Shown here: in pieces, positions 28,549-42,474 of the stretch
Numbering within the stretch: the first letter of the stretch is position 1
Layout: each line of letters begins with the position of its first letter
Source of the DNA: Octopus vulgaris
Taxonomy: Eukaryota
Assembly: GCA_951406725.2 (NCBI GenBank)
Contig: OX597815.1
Span: 7,316,001-7,380,000, forward strand
DNA: 64,000 bases
Reading direction: 5' to 3'
The notes under the pieces: model-generated
The model's database searches: none
The model's input: the letters and a program-made list of their open reading frames with translations, nothing else
Told to the model about the DNA's origin: nothing
Translations under genes and position numbers: made by a program

Positions 28549-28974
28549 GTCCTCAATATGTCATTAAACTGCATTCGGTAGGGTAACTCCAGTTCGGGAG
28601 TTCTTGAGTTGTGGGGAACGAGGAGTCACCCCTTAACTAGTATTACTCCAAGGTCCGTTCTGACCCTGAACGGGGGTACTTAGCAGGGTTTTTATCTATG
28701 AGTTAAATAGAGGAGTGTCCCATTATTTTTAGCAAAGCGGTGTGGAAGGCAGCTCGGTCGAGAAGAAAGATTCTCTGACATAGAACTTGCTGTCAAAATA
28801 GTAGCAGTCATCTTGCAGTACCTGTCACTGGAACCCACAATAGCGACCGAGAGAGTGGCAAAATTGTTGTACAAGCTTTTGTCAATTAAATCCATTGACC
28901 CTGTGAGACGGCTACCATCTGACAAGCTGAGATCATCATCATCATCATCTAAATATACATACATAGATACATAG

Positions 28975-29067
<93 letters not shown>

Positions 29068-29069
<2 letters not shown>

Positions 29070-29560
29070 AATCAGCCGAAATTGCGAGGATGATCCGGTT
29101 CTTGACTGAGGATAAAAAGCTTCGAATGACCCGTCCTTGTTTTTTTTTGTATAGTCTATCTGGATGTTTTGTTGTTCCTTTTTGTATCACCTAGTTGTCC
29201 GGATGTTTCGCGTTCTTGTCCCATTTTGTATTTTATACATACATACATACATACATACATACATACATACATACATACATACATACATACATACATACAT
29301 ACATGTGGAGGCGCACGTGACCTAGTGGTTAGGGTGTCAGCATCATGATCGTAAGATTGTGGTTTCGATTCCTGGACCGGGCAACGCGTTGTGTTCTTGA
29401 GTAAAACACTTCATTTCACGTTGCTCCAGTCGTCTCAGCTGGCAAAAATGAGTAACGCTGCGATGGACTAGCGTCCCGTCCTGCTGGGGATCACATACGC
29501 CATTGAAACCGAGAAACCCGGTCCATGAGCCTGGCTAGGCTTTAAAAGGGCGCATTTATT
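29068..29560 (+). mobile_element. Composite: ~170-bp leader + (CATA)n + tRNA-derived SINE family D
   Basis: SINE at 29305-29560 with A/B boxes, a TGCGATGGACTAGCGTCCCGTCC central motif (V-domain-like) and an (ATTT) tail; the whole unit recurs inverted at 46072-46521. Confidence 0.88.
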
Positions 29561-29565
29561 TCTTA

Positions 29566-29599
<34 letters not shown>

Positions 29600-29668
29600 A
29601 TACATACATACATACATACATATATACATACATACCTACATACATACATACATACATACCTACATACG

Positions 29669-29755
<87 letters not shown>

Positions 29756-29949
29756 AACATATTACACACACACACGTGTGTGTGTGTATTTTGTCTATGT
29801 CTGTGAGAGTATGGAGCATTTTGCTTAAGGTAGATTGAAGACTCGTGGATTTAACCCAAGTTTTACACAGATAAAAATACAAATACCAATTGTTAACAGA
29901 AAATGATTTTTTTAAATATGTAAACCATACACAGCACAAATCACACAAC

Positions 29950-31850
29950 ACGCAACTTTTTTTTAAAAATATATTGTTTTCTGCCTTTCTTAGCAGCAGA
30001 AATATCAATTATTTGGTCGACGTTTTTTTCCCAACAAATATGTTGGCATAGTTTCGCTCAATATTTAGTATTTACACACTTTTTGGCGTGTTTGATTCAT
30101 TGTGCTTTTGAGGTATGTCTTCATCTATCTATGGTCAATGAAGAAACGCTTTGAAGAACACAGTATAGAAGGAATAGTTGCCAAGTTACCAGCGATTTTG
30201 TTGAACTCTGACTGTACGCCATGAAGTTCGTTCTTCTAAACAGTTCCAACAACACAAACTGCGGTTACCTGTGAACCTGATGGAGGCATATAGTGTGACA
30301 AACTTTGCATGGATTTCCTTTTGTCGTTTTAAGCGATCCAGATCAAAGCTATGATGCAATGCATCATGGGAATCGCGTTCATTAACGCTTCAGGATTGAT
30401 GATAATACAATACGAGGGCACAAAGTATGCCTCATCGTTACTTTTAAATCGTGTTTTCTATATCCATAATCATCTTATCTAAATTGAAATAGCAAGTTAA
30501 ACGATGGTACTGTTTGGCACTTTGATCTGGCACCATTTCTGTTGCTGATTAACCAACCAGAGCTTACACTCGACACCTTTGTTTTTTTTTTATTTTTTGT
30601 GAAACGTTTGCCTCCTTGAATGAGAATCGTTTGCCTTGGATTTCTTTCATAGTAAAACCAAACTCATTAGCTCATACCCAAATGCTTTCAAAGTTAGTAA
30701 AAACTCCTTGGTCACTGTAGCTGTTCTTCCAGCAGTGATAGTATCTACAATCTTTCCTTGGAGGTATTTACTGGGATTTTTTTCTGCGTGACAGTACTAC
30801 TTACAGCACAGCCAATCCAGCAAAAGTTTAAAAAATCACACGTGACGTTCAATAATGCACTGTTATCTTTATATGTTTTGAAGTCTTGATCATTTGTAAA
30901 GTTAATCAAAGTCTTTAAGATATGAAATAGTTGTTCTATTACGGCTTTTATTTCTTTATATCTACAAGACCACTTTATATTCCATTGAGTGCCATGCTTT
31001 CAAAGATTGCGTGTTATTAGGGATTGGCCTCAGGAAAGTTACAGAAGTTCTGAATGTATCCAAAGACATTATGCAGGAATTCAATATCTGACATTTTACC
31101 TTGAATAGCAAGATTTAGGAGAAACCTATGAGAATGGACAAAAATGATAGAAAGAGAACACTCCTTTGTTGCCAAATATCTCTATAGACACTGTCTGTAA
31201 GGCGATTACTGCGACAATCAAAGCATTTGTTAATGATTTTGTTAATTTTCAGCTCCAGCTTCCCATGTACATTGTTGATTAACTCAAAGAGAACATTTCC
31301 TTCGGTTGATGGGGCTGCATAAACCCGATGAAATTCTCCCTGGTTTCTCCTTCACTGCCGAATGTGAGACATATTGCAACGTTTAAGCTTGTTGATGTCC
31401 GACGCTTCAGCAATCGTAATAGAATCTCCTGAATAGTTGTTCACATCATTTGCTATAATGCTGAAAAAAAGATCTCAGCCAGGCAATAAATGAGATCAGT
31501 TACATATGTGCATCTCACTGACACTAACAAGAGAATATCAGCAAGCCGAAGATGTAGATGCCTCAAAATTCACCGCTGATAACGATGAAAGCTTCCCCTT
31601 AACTTATTGTTAGCCTTTGCAAGACCTAGTAGCGTTACGTTTGGTTGGGCAGTGAACAATAGATTCGCGATAATAATGTTCAAATATTGTCGGTTACGCA
31701 CTACTTGCTGCCTGTGTGCGCTATTTAGTTGACCTCACACCAATGTTTTGTGCTTCGCCTTTGTTCGACAGTGTATCCGCTTCATCAGAGGGTGCTGATG
31801 GCAAGCACTTTTCGCATGTTTTGTGAACCGATTTATCTTTTTATCAGTTT
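29950..31850 (-). pseudogene. Decayed hAT transposase (ZMYM1/DUF4371-like)
   Basis: Minus-strand remnants FTKHAKSACH (~31800), IAEASDI (~31400) and the C-terminal dimerisation motif LATIPSILCSSKRF..MKTYLKSTMNQTR..LNIERNYAN (~30040-30190); many stops and frameshifts. Confidence 0.65.
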
Positions 31851-32280
31851 TGAAATATAAAGGTTTTATTTATTGCGCATGAACCATTTAACAGGTTAAA
31901 AGGAAGCTTGATATTTGTGCTTGTTTTACGTAAGCCGAGGGTGAAATATAAATAATGTTTTTATTGAAATCTCTCAAACTAAACTCCTTAATGTCTTTGC
32001 CTTATATTGTGTCAGGACTGGTTGATTTTATCAACGTTTTATGATATTGGATACTGCCCTTGAAATATTTATTATTTGCCCGTTATTTTAACATATTTCT
32101 TTTGATGTATTCTAGCAAAATGCTCATTTTAATGTCAGTAAACATTTATTATAATTATATGAAGTCATTCCTGAGTAATCGAAGAAGCTCTGCAAAGAAA
32201 CCATTAGAATGAACATCAACGGATCACTGTTTCAGTCCCAGTTTTCTCCCTGGTGATGTTGATCTCTTTTATTTTTTAAA

Positions 32281-32495
32281 TAATTGGTTTCAAGTTTTGA
32301 CACAAGGCCAGCAATTTTGAGTGAGCGGGATCGTTGATTGCATCCACCAAGGATTCAGCTGGTACTTATTTTATCGATCTCGAAAAGACAAAAGGCAAAG
32401 TCGACCTCGGCGGCATTTGAACCCAGAACATAAACACAGACGGAATGCCGCTAAGCATTTTGGCCGGCGCGGTAACGAGTCTGCCAGTTTGACGT
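32281..32495 (-). mobile_element. SINE family B, diverged monomer
   Basis: GGCAAAGTCGACCTCGGCGG core; decayed head and tail. Confidence 0.8.
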
Positions 32496-34081
32496 CTTTA
32501 TTCTTGAAATTATTATTAATAGAAATCTCCAGAGGCTGATTAACTTAATTAGAGGGTGCAATACAAAGGAATTCAGAGTAAACTTCCAATTTTTTATATA
32601 ATAATTGTGTGTGTGTGTGTGTGTGTGTGTTTCATGAGTTATCTATATATATATACAATTCTGTCTGTCTGTCTGTTCCCTATGCATCCTCAAACGGCTC
32701 AAATAAAATTTTACAAGGTATTAGACCCCGTGAGTGTCAACATGTAATTTTTTTTCCTTTGGATTAGAACAATACAACATTGGCACTGGTTCGGTATTAC
32801 GTGTCAAAAGTGAAAGAATAAGATATATATTGTAATGTGATATAATATTGCTTCACTTTTGCTCTTTCACTTTTAATTCTAATGTGATAAGCCTATAATA
32901 TTCTTCACTTTCAAATATATTTGGTTAATTTATACCGCATGCAAAAATAACGACAAACTACAAACAACTGCTTACAAAAATTGAGATTAATGTATAATTT
33001 TTTCTATGTTCATAATTTTTTGTTTACAATATTGAAAAAATGTCACCAAAGAAAAGACGTAATCTCTTCAAGAAAAAAGTATACAGCAAGGGGAATTGTA
33101 GAAAACTGAAGGGGAGAGTCTGAGACTTCCCCAAGATCAGCAAAGGCATACTGCAGTACGTCAGATGGAGTCTCAAGAGAGAAGAGAGATGAGAATTTCT
33201 CAAGAACAGCAAACGCATGCTGCAGCACTTAATCCTGAATCATTGCAACAACGTTTTAATGATTAGACAGAGGTTCAATAAAACAGTTCTCAGAAACAGA
33301 CTACGTACAAATTCGTTCTTCACAACTCCTGGAGCTGCTTTCAGATCTGACCTATCCCATTCTTATGAAAATGAGAATTTTGTTCCACCCGGTGTGGTAA
33401 ACTCAAATTGTCGTTTCTGCAATGCTTTAAAAATTCCAAATGAAACTAATGGCACGTGCCGCTCAGGTGGTAAGGTAAGATTGCCAGCACTACCAGCTCC
33501 ACCTCAACCTTTTATGGGTCTTCTGGAAGGCATTTCCGTCCAGGGAAAGGATTTTTTAAACAATACCTGACAATACAACTCTGCATTTCAAATGACATCG
33601 TTTGGTGCATCTAAAGAGGTAGTTGAACGTGGATTTACACCGATGTTCAAAGTTCAGGGGCAAGTCTATCACCTCATTGCTTCCCTGTTACCCACAAATG
33701 AACAACCACAGTTCCTCCAAATTTACTTTATGACTGATGTAGGACAACAAACCCGAAGGAAGTGTCAAATCTTCAGACGATGGGTCGTGTAAGATGCAGC
33801 GCCGACCGCCGCAAAGGAGAATATATCCACCAACAGCTTTGCGGTGCGTTCAAAAATCACATAACCCACAACCTCCAATTTTCCATGACAGGTTATGGCC
33901 TGGAATACTCCAAACGAACGCATGACATATCGCTTAATCCAATTAGCCCATCATTTATTCCACAAATGTTTTGTCGTCAATGCTGCACTTTCCCGTATCA
34001 CCTGTTTCAACATAACTGTAATATATATATATATATATTTTTTCCTCTGTCTTCCCTTCTCTGGATCTTTCCTTCTCCAAT

Positions 34082-34116
34082 GTTTCCGACGAAGAGCTCC
34101 GCTCGAAACGTTAAAC
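34082..34116 (+). ncRNA. Minimal hammerhead-like motif (Penelope-type terminal repeat)
   Basis: GTTT-CCGACGA-A-GAGC tcc GCTC-GAAAC-GTT-AAAC: helices I and II pair; the core has U4>C. Confidence 0.55.
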
Positions 34117-34209
34117 CCTCCTTCTTTCCTTCTTTCCTGAGCGTCCAATAATACTATATTTGCTCCACGTCCTCGCGTTGTTGTGTTTTTTGTGCTTTCC
34201 GGTTTGGAT

Positions 34210-34736
<527 letters not shown>

Positions 34737-34739
34737 ATA

Positions 34740-34775
<36 letters not shown>

Positions 34776-35257
34776 TGTATACAAACTATGCCGTTTTAAT
34801 CTGGAGCAACGCTGGGTATTTCTGCCAGTTCTTAATAACCTTCAGCAATTCAACCATTCCTACCTGCCACTGTGTATCATATATTCTCGATCCTATTTAC
34901 ACCTCGCACACTCAACAGTCTCCTGACAAAAGTTCGTTCACAGAACGCAGTTTCCATCGCCGATTTTCACGCATCAACAACGGCTCAGTCTTATCTGGCT
35001 TTTATACTTGAAAACAGCGACGATGCAAGTATCTTCCTCTTTATACTCTGATACCTTTTTTTAAAAAGTTTTATTTTATCTTTTTAAAACATGTTTTTAA
35101 TAAGGTTCGTAATCTATTAAGCTTAAATCATACAGGACCTTAGAAATTACGGTTTAGGGGCTAACTAGATCATTTCCAACACCATTCTATAGGAATTTCA
35201 CACACACACACACACACACCACTACCACCACCAACTCACATATACCTCTCTCTCTCC

Positions 35258-35640
<383 letters not shown>

Positions 35641-36268
35641 TGCGTACATCCAACCGACATGTGATCTATGTCACTAAAGGAAGATAAGTCCGTATACGCC
35701 TACGCCTGTATGTGTATGTGTGTGTGTATATAAGAGTGCGTGCGCGGACGTGCGTATATATATGCACGGAATAAACCGTAAACGAACGTAACCCAAATAA
35801 TACAACAACCAAACATAATAAAAACGATAACAATAACAAAAACAACAATATTAGCAATGATAATAGTAATAACAATAGTCTATGGAGCCGACCAGCAAAG
35901 CATGGCAGCCCCGCCATACCCATCCTGTACAACAAAATACGCGACTACATTAAAGAAGCTAATTATAAACAAGCGGTTGAGACGTCGAGTCTGGTTTTTC
36001 ATTGGGCGAAACGTTGCATATTGAAGTGTCCTCTCTCCGTTCGCTTTTTTTTTTTTGTTTTTGATGTTTTTTTGTATGTGTGCTTTTAATCGGCGCAGCA
36101 CAAAAACAAACCCGTACTCTTTGATCTCCAACGCACAGCAGAATGAATAGAACATTGAGTATAACTTACGACTTGAATTCTAAATATTGTGAAATCATGA
36201 AACAAAACAAGAAAAAACTTCAAAATTCTAATGTTTAGAGAGAGAGGAGGAAGAGAGAGAGGGAGAAG

Positions 36269-36301
<33 letters not shown>

Positions 36302-36780
36302 GGGAAGAGAGACAGAGAGACAGACACAAAGACAGACACAAAGACAGTGAGAGAGAGAGAGAGCTGAAAGAAGAAAGAGATTGCAATAAACTTGCTCATA
36401 TATAAGTTAATAGATTATGTGAAAGCCATCTACACACACTGACACACACATGAACATATACATACACAGACACGCGCACTCATATATATATATGCATGTA
36501 AATGTATATACGTATATGTGTATGTGTATATGTATATGTATGTATATCTATCTATCTATATATGTACATACATATGTTCACATATGTGTATAGGGATATA
36601 TATATACATATATACATATATATACACATATATATATACATATATATATACATATATATATACACATACATATATATACATATACATACATATATACATA
36701 TACATACATATATATATATATATATATACATACATGCATATATATATACATACATACATATATATAATATATATATATAT

Positions 36781-37576
36781 TTCTGGAGACATTCTCATGG
36801 CGTCCAACAACATCAGAGACTTGGGAGTAACAGTGGACAACAACATAAACTGGGCTACACATATAAGCAGCAAAGTTGACATGGCCCGCAGAATGTGTTC
36901 CTGGATTCTCAGAACCTTCCAGTCGAGAGATTCCCACACTATTATCCTTCTCTTCTCCACTTTTGCCCGACCCCACCTTGAATACTGCTGTCCACTGTGG
37001 TCTCCCTACACAAAACAAAATATTATGAGAATTGAAGCTTCCCAAAGGTCAATCACAAAAAAGATAGATGGCATGTCAGACCTTGACTACTGGGGTAGAC
37101 TAGAGAAGTTGAAACTGTATTCACTCCAACGACGCCGTGAACGCTACATTATCTGTATGATGTGGAAAATATTCCATCAGCACTGTCCGAATGATGTTGG
37201 CATCACCTTCAAAATACATCCAAGGCTTGGACCACGTGCCATCCGTCCACAACAAAAATCTAAATCGCATCACATAACGACAATACGGCACAACTATTTC
37301 ACCTCAATTGGACCCGCTCTCTTCAACATTACACCAGGACACATCAAAAAAGAAACTGACCACACAAAATTCAAGAAGTCTTTGGACAAATTCCTTCAAA
37401 CAGTCCCGGACAAACCACCCACACCCGGATATGTCTCCGCAAACAATAACTCTCTGCTCGAATGGGCCTTGGTGCCCAAATCCTGAATTGAAAGACTTCG
37501 CCAGGTGATGCTATTAAGTTAGACATGGCCTGGGCCAATACTGGCCAAAACCTTTCTAAGTTATTCTAAGTCTAAG

Positions 37577-37580
<4 letters not shown>
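36781..37580 (+). mobile_element. 5'-truncated CR1/L2-group LINE, ORF2 C-terminus still open to 37486
   Basis: [57 protein letters not shown]; short 3' UTR with a (TTCTAAG)-type tail. Confidence 0.92.
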
Positions 37581-37616
<36 letters not shown>

Positions 37617-37700
37617 CAAATTTATAGAAAAGCAAAGACGAAGACAGCTGTAGGAACAACAAGCAAGTGTATTAGTTTGGTGCTCGGAGAAAATGGAAAA

Positions 37701-37740
37701 GTCTTTTACGTTTCGAACCTACGCTCTTCGACAGAAAAGA
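37701..37740 (-). ncRNA. Minimal hammerhead-like motif (Penelope-type terminal repeat)
   Basis: TCTTTT-CTGTCGA-A-GAGC gtag GTTC-GAAAC-GTA-AAAGAC; core A6>U. The adjacent tail 37612-37700 has a relative at 62364-62440. Confidence 0.55.
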
Positions 37741-38009
37741 ATAAGAGAGATAATAAAAAAAAGAGAGAATAAGAGAGATAATAAAAAAAACGAGAAAAAA
37801 AACATGTTGAGTTCGGTGGTCCAACATGGCGAATGATACACACACACACACGTACGCACACACACACGCACGCACACACATACACACACGCACACACATA
37901 TATATAATGAATCAACAACAGACTCCATGTAAACTTTAAAGTTTACACCATGTGTTGACCAACGTATTTATATTCAGTATATGTACAGACAAATAAATAT
38001 ATAACTATG

Positions 38010-38202
38010 TGTGTGTGTGTGTGTGTGTGTCTGTTAGTGTTGGTGTATTTACGTACCCGTAACTTAGCGGTTCGGCCAATAGACCGATAGAATAAGTACG
38101 AGAATTACAAAGAATAAGTCATTGAGTCGATTCCTTCATCAAAAAAGCGGTGCTCCTTCATGGCCGCAGTCAAATGACTGAAAGAAGTAAAAGAATAAAA
38201 GA
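38010..38202 (+). mobile_element. SINE family A, 3' half, diverged
   Basis: Tail-side sequence only. Confidence 0.8.
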
Positions 38203-38517
38203 ACACACACACATACACATATGTTTTTATTTACACATACACACACACACACATATTTTGTTTACATACGAGAGACTGGTCAACACATGGTGTAGACCAG
38301 TACTACTCAACGTGGTGGTCCGCGAGCCATTAGCTTTCCGTACGCGGCGAATTTCCAGAAAAGAATGAAATGTTATTAAATGCTTATAAAATGCATATGC
38401 AAATATTATAGTATTTGTTTACAAAATAAATATAAGATAAAAGAAAAAATTGTCAACTTTTATTATGTTCACTATATATATTGTTTCCGGTATAAATTAA
38501 TATTACCAAAAAAAAAA

Positions 38518-39585
38518 GGCGGCGAGCTGGCAGAAACGTTAGCACGCCGGGCGAAATGCTTAGCGGTATTTCGTCTGCCGCTACGTTCTGAGTTCAAATT
38601 CCGTCGAGGTCGACTTTGCCTTTCATCCTTTCGGGGTCGATAAATTAAGTACCAGTTACGCACTGGGGTCGATATAATCGACTTAACCCCTTTGTCTGTC
38701 CTTGTTTGTTCCCTCTGTGTTTAGCCCCTTGTGAGTAGTAAAGAAATAGGTATTTCGTCTGCCGTTACGTTCTGAGTTCAAATTCCGCCGAGGTCGACTT
38801 TGCCTTTCATCCTTTCGGGGTCGATAAATTAAGTACCAGTTACGCACTGGGATCGATGTATTCGACTTAATCCGTGTGTCTGTCCTTGTTTGTCCCTTCT
38901 GTGTTTAGCCCCTTGTGAGTAGTAAAGAAATAGGTATTTCGTCTGCCGTTACGTTCTAAGTTCAAATTCCGCCGAGGTCGACTTTGCCTTTCATCCTTTC
39001 GGGGTCGATAAATTAAGTACCAGTTACGCACTGGGGTCGATATAATCGACTTAACCCCTTTGTCTGTCCTTGTTTGTTCTCTCTGTGTTTAGCCCCTTGT
39101 GAGTAGTAAAGAAATAGGTATTTCGTCTGCCGTTACGTTCTGAGTTCAAATTCCGCCGAGGTCGACTTTGCCTTTCATCCTTTCGGGGTCGATAAATTAA
39201 GTACCAGTTACGCACTGGGGTCGATGTAATCGACTTAATCCGTTTGTCTGACCTTGTTTGTCCTCTCTGTGTTTGGCCCCTTGTGGGTAGTAAAGAAATA
39301 GGTATTTCGTCTGCCGTTACGTTCTGAGTTCAAATTCCGACGAGGTCGACTTTGCCTTTCATCTTTTCGGGGTCGATAAATTAACTACCAGTTACGCACT
39401 GGGGTCGATGTAGTCGACTTAATCCGTTTGTCTCTCCTTGTTTGTCCCCTCTATGTTTAGCCCCTTGTGGGCAATAAAGAAATAAGAAACGTTAGCACGC
39501 CGGGCGAAACTGGGGTTGATCTAACCGTCTGGCCCCACTCCCACAAAATTTCGGGGTTTGTGCCTAGAGTGGAAAAGAATATTAC
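38518..39585 (+). mobile_element. SINE family B, five 184-bp body units plus partial head restart and tail
   Basis: TATTTCGTCTG at 38567, 38751, 38935, 39119 and 39303; AGAAACGTTAGCACGCCGGGCGAAA recurs near 39485. Confidence 0.92.
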
Positions 39586-39904
39586 TAAGAAATATTACCG
39601 GTCCCTGGCACATTGGAAAATAATTATAATAATAAAAAACTGTCCTTACGCCACATCAGATAGTTTGAGAACTGTTTACATGGAGTCATTTGGTGATTCA
39701 TTCTGCTGTTGCTCAGAGTATTCCTGTCACGTGTGTTCAATCGAAGGGCGACACCAGATGGAGGAAGCGAGAAGAGAAGAAAAGAAAAAAAAGTGCGTGT
39801 GTATATTAGGAGACAGCGTTCGTAAGATGAATAGATCAACATATTGTTAGAGAGAGAGTTTACATCGAGTAAGATAAATGAATGGCCCATGCTAGAAATT
39901 AGGT

Positions 39905-39912
39905 TTATGTGA

Positions 39913-39959
<47 letters not shown>

Positions 39960-39986
39960 TGTGTGTGTGCATGTGTTTGAGTGTGT

Positions 39987-40033
<47 letters not shown>

Positions 40034-40056
40034 TAGATAGTTAGATAGCTAGATAG

Positions 40057-40089
<33 letters not shown>

Positions 40090-40368
40090 TGTATGTATGT
40101 ATGCATGTATGTATGTATCTACATCTATGTATATATGTATGCAATGTATACCTTCTTTAAAATACACACTTACACATGCATTACACATACGTATACACAT
40201 ATGCATACATATACGCATAAACACACACACATACAGATATATATATATATACATACGTACATGCGTATATACATATATATATATAATATGCATACATAGA
40301 TACATATATACATATATACGTACACATATACACACGCATATATAGATACATAAACATACATACATATA

Positions 40369-40457
<89 letters not shown>

Positions 40458-40500
40458 TATACACACATAGATACGTGTGTGTGTGTGTGTGTGCGTGCGT
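39905..40500. repeat. Compound (TG)n/(TA)n/(ATGT)n
   Basis: Directly visible. Confidence 0.9.
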
Positions 40501-40915
40501 GCCCCTAGGAAGTTAATTCCCCGTTAAGCACTTTGAGGTATTTTTTCCTTAGAAGTGTTTTATCTGGCTGCGTAAAAAAATTATCTTTCTTTCGGTACAT
40601 TTGTCCGTTCCTGCTAATCACACAGGAATTCTGTCTTTTAATGCTGCCTGAAGAGTAATACAATTCTCGAAACGTTCTGTAGCGGAAGACATGCTGCGAG
40701 CGATGATCACAGTCTTTTTTTTCCTGTTTTTTTTTCTGTTTTTTACTTTTTGCTACATCAGAATCTCTTAGCGTTCATTTTTGACTCTTTAGACCCAAAT
40801 ATTTCATAAATTACATGAAAGTTATTCGAGCTCTTTATATTGTGTGTGTGTCTGTGTGTGTACGTGTGCGTGGATCTGTGAGTACAAGTGTGTGTGAGTG
40901 TCTGTCTGTTTCTCT

Positions 40916-40953
<38 letters not shown>

Positions 40954-41237
40954 ACAGTCCGATGATGGCTCAGGTGGCCGAAACTTCGAAGTCCCAGTCA
41001 AATACTGTTCTTGTTAAAGAATGAAACATTTGTACTCTACCAATTGTATTATGTAAACCTCCAGTTTAATGTAAATTATTTTCATTATAACATAAAAACA
41101 AACATTAATATCTTTATATATACATATATATATATACACATATATACAAAAAGGGTGAAATATAATTAATTTAATAAAATTAATAAATTTCACCTAGTAG
41201 TTTTATCTGTATGGAAAAGACCATATTTGGTAAGAAT

Positions 41238-41489
41238 TATATTAATTATAATAAAGGGTTAATTGCAACAAGTTGCTCAAAACCACATACCGAAAATATT
41301 AGAAATGGCAGCCGAATAGGTCACCATTTCTCCTACTCTTTACCATATACGGGTTGCAAATTCTGGTTGTTTGTGGAGACTTTTTTACTAATAGGAGAAA
41401 TGGTGACCTATTCGGCTGCCATTTCTAATATTTTCGGTATGTGGTTTTGAGCAACTTGTTGCAATAAACCCTTTATTATAATTAATATA
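41238..41489. repeat. Long inverted repeat, 98-bp arms, 56-bp spacer
   Basis: 41238-41335 is the reverse complement of 41392-41489, with one visible mismatch. Confidence 0.93.
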
Positions 41490-41655
41490 CATACACATAG
41501 ATATATTTACACACATACGGACACACACACACATATACACACACATATACATACATTCGTGTGTATATATCCATATGTACGTGCGTGCATGTCTGTGTGT
41601 AAGTGTATGTATGTATGCATGAATGTATGTATGTATATGTAAATACCCTCCCCCA

Positions 41656-41905
41656 CAGTTTTGAAAACCGTGTGACAACACAACAGCAAAGTATATTGCA
41701 AAGAGGGTGGGTGCATCAAGGTCTCCTTGCTTTACTCCATTTTCCACGGCAAAAGATTCAGCGAGCCAATTACTTAACTCTAGCTTTCATATCTTGATGC
41801 AAAGCCTTGATCATGTTTACAAATTTTTCTTGGCAACCTATTTTCCTTAGAATTAACCACAGAGCATTTCGATTAAGAGTATCGAATGCTTCGCTAAAAT
41901 CAAAG
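41656..41905 (-). mobile_element. RTE-clade RT fragment
   Basis: FDFSEAFDTLNRNALWLILRKIGCQEKFVNMIKALHQDMKARV..ENGVKQGDLDAPTLFAIYF. Confidence 0.85.
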
Positions 41906-42474
41906 TCCACAAAGATCAGAACTTATCTGCAGCTCTTGGTGGTCCAAATCGGATATGGAATCTACGAGGGTTTCTTTTCAATATATATATATATATTTAT
42001 TTATTTGTCTATGTATGTAACGATTTATGTTTGAGATCTTATGTTTGTATTTGTAACTTTAATCAGGTGTAGATATCATAGACATATTGAGCTGTTTTGC
42101 TCCAGCTTCTTGTATATTGATTTCCTAGCAACGTTTATGCTTTTAACGCTGTTGACATCGCTGTATTGAGTGGTACTGCACAGGTGTCGAAATTACATTC
42201 ATATTTGTTTGACAGCTGATGATGGATGTATACATCTGATGGGCTTGTTGACTGTTAGCCTTCTCTATGTTGTGCTCTCCTGATTCTAAGTTGTCTTTCC
42301 TTGAAATTCTAGTGCTGGTAGGGTTTAATTTGTTTATGAGCTTTTGATTTATTGGGTTATAATGGTTTTGTCATACATATTATATCACACAGACAATGGG
42401 TTATTGTCCTTCATAATGGTTCTAATTTTGATAAGCGTAAAACTTGCTCGTGAGTTTCTAGTTTAAGGAATCAT

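Noticed and set aside
27154-28586. Long ORFs (up to 464 aa) of MYVC/HTYI repeats; similar ones at 42458, 49088, 53303 and 62310
   Set aside because: Translations of tetranucleotide microsatellites that lack stop codons; no coding signal.
28692-28930. Minus-strand open frame [15 protein letters not shown]
   Set aside because: It starts in microsatellite, has no clear splice sites and matches no family I recognise.
29095-29140. CTGAGGA..GAA as a hammerhead in the composite leader
   Set aside because: No GAAA box and helices I-III do not pair convincingly.
38518-39500. Regular repeats as a CRISPR-like array
   Set aside because: Whole 184-bp units repeat with no unique spacers; they are SINE bodies in eukaryotic DNA.
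42210-42245. CTGATGA followed by a hairpin
   Set aside because: GAAA and the cleavage triplet are absent; at most a broken remnant.
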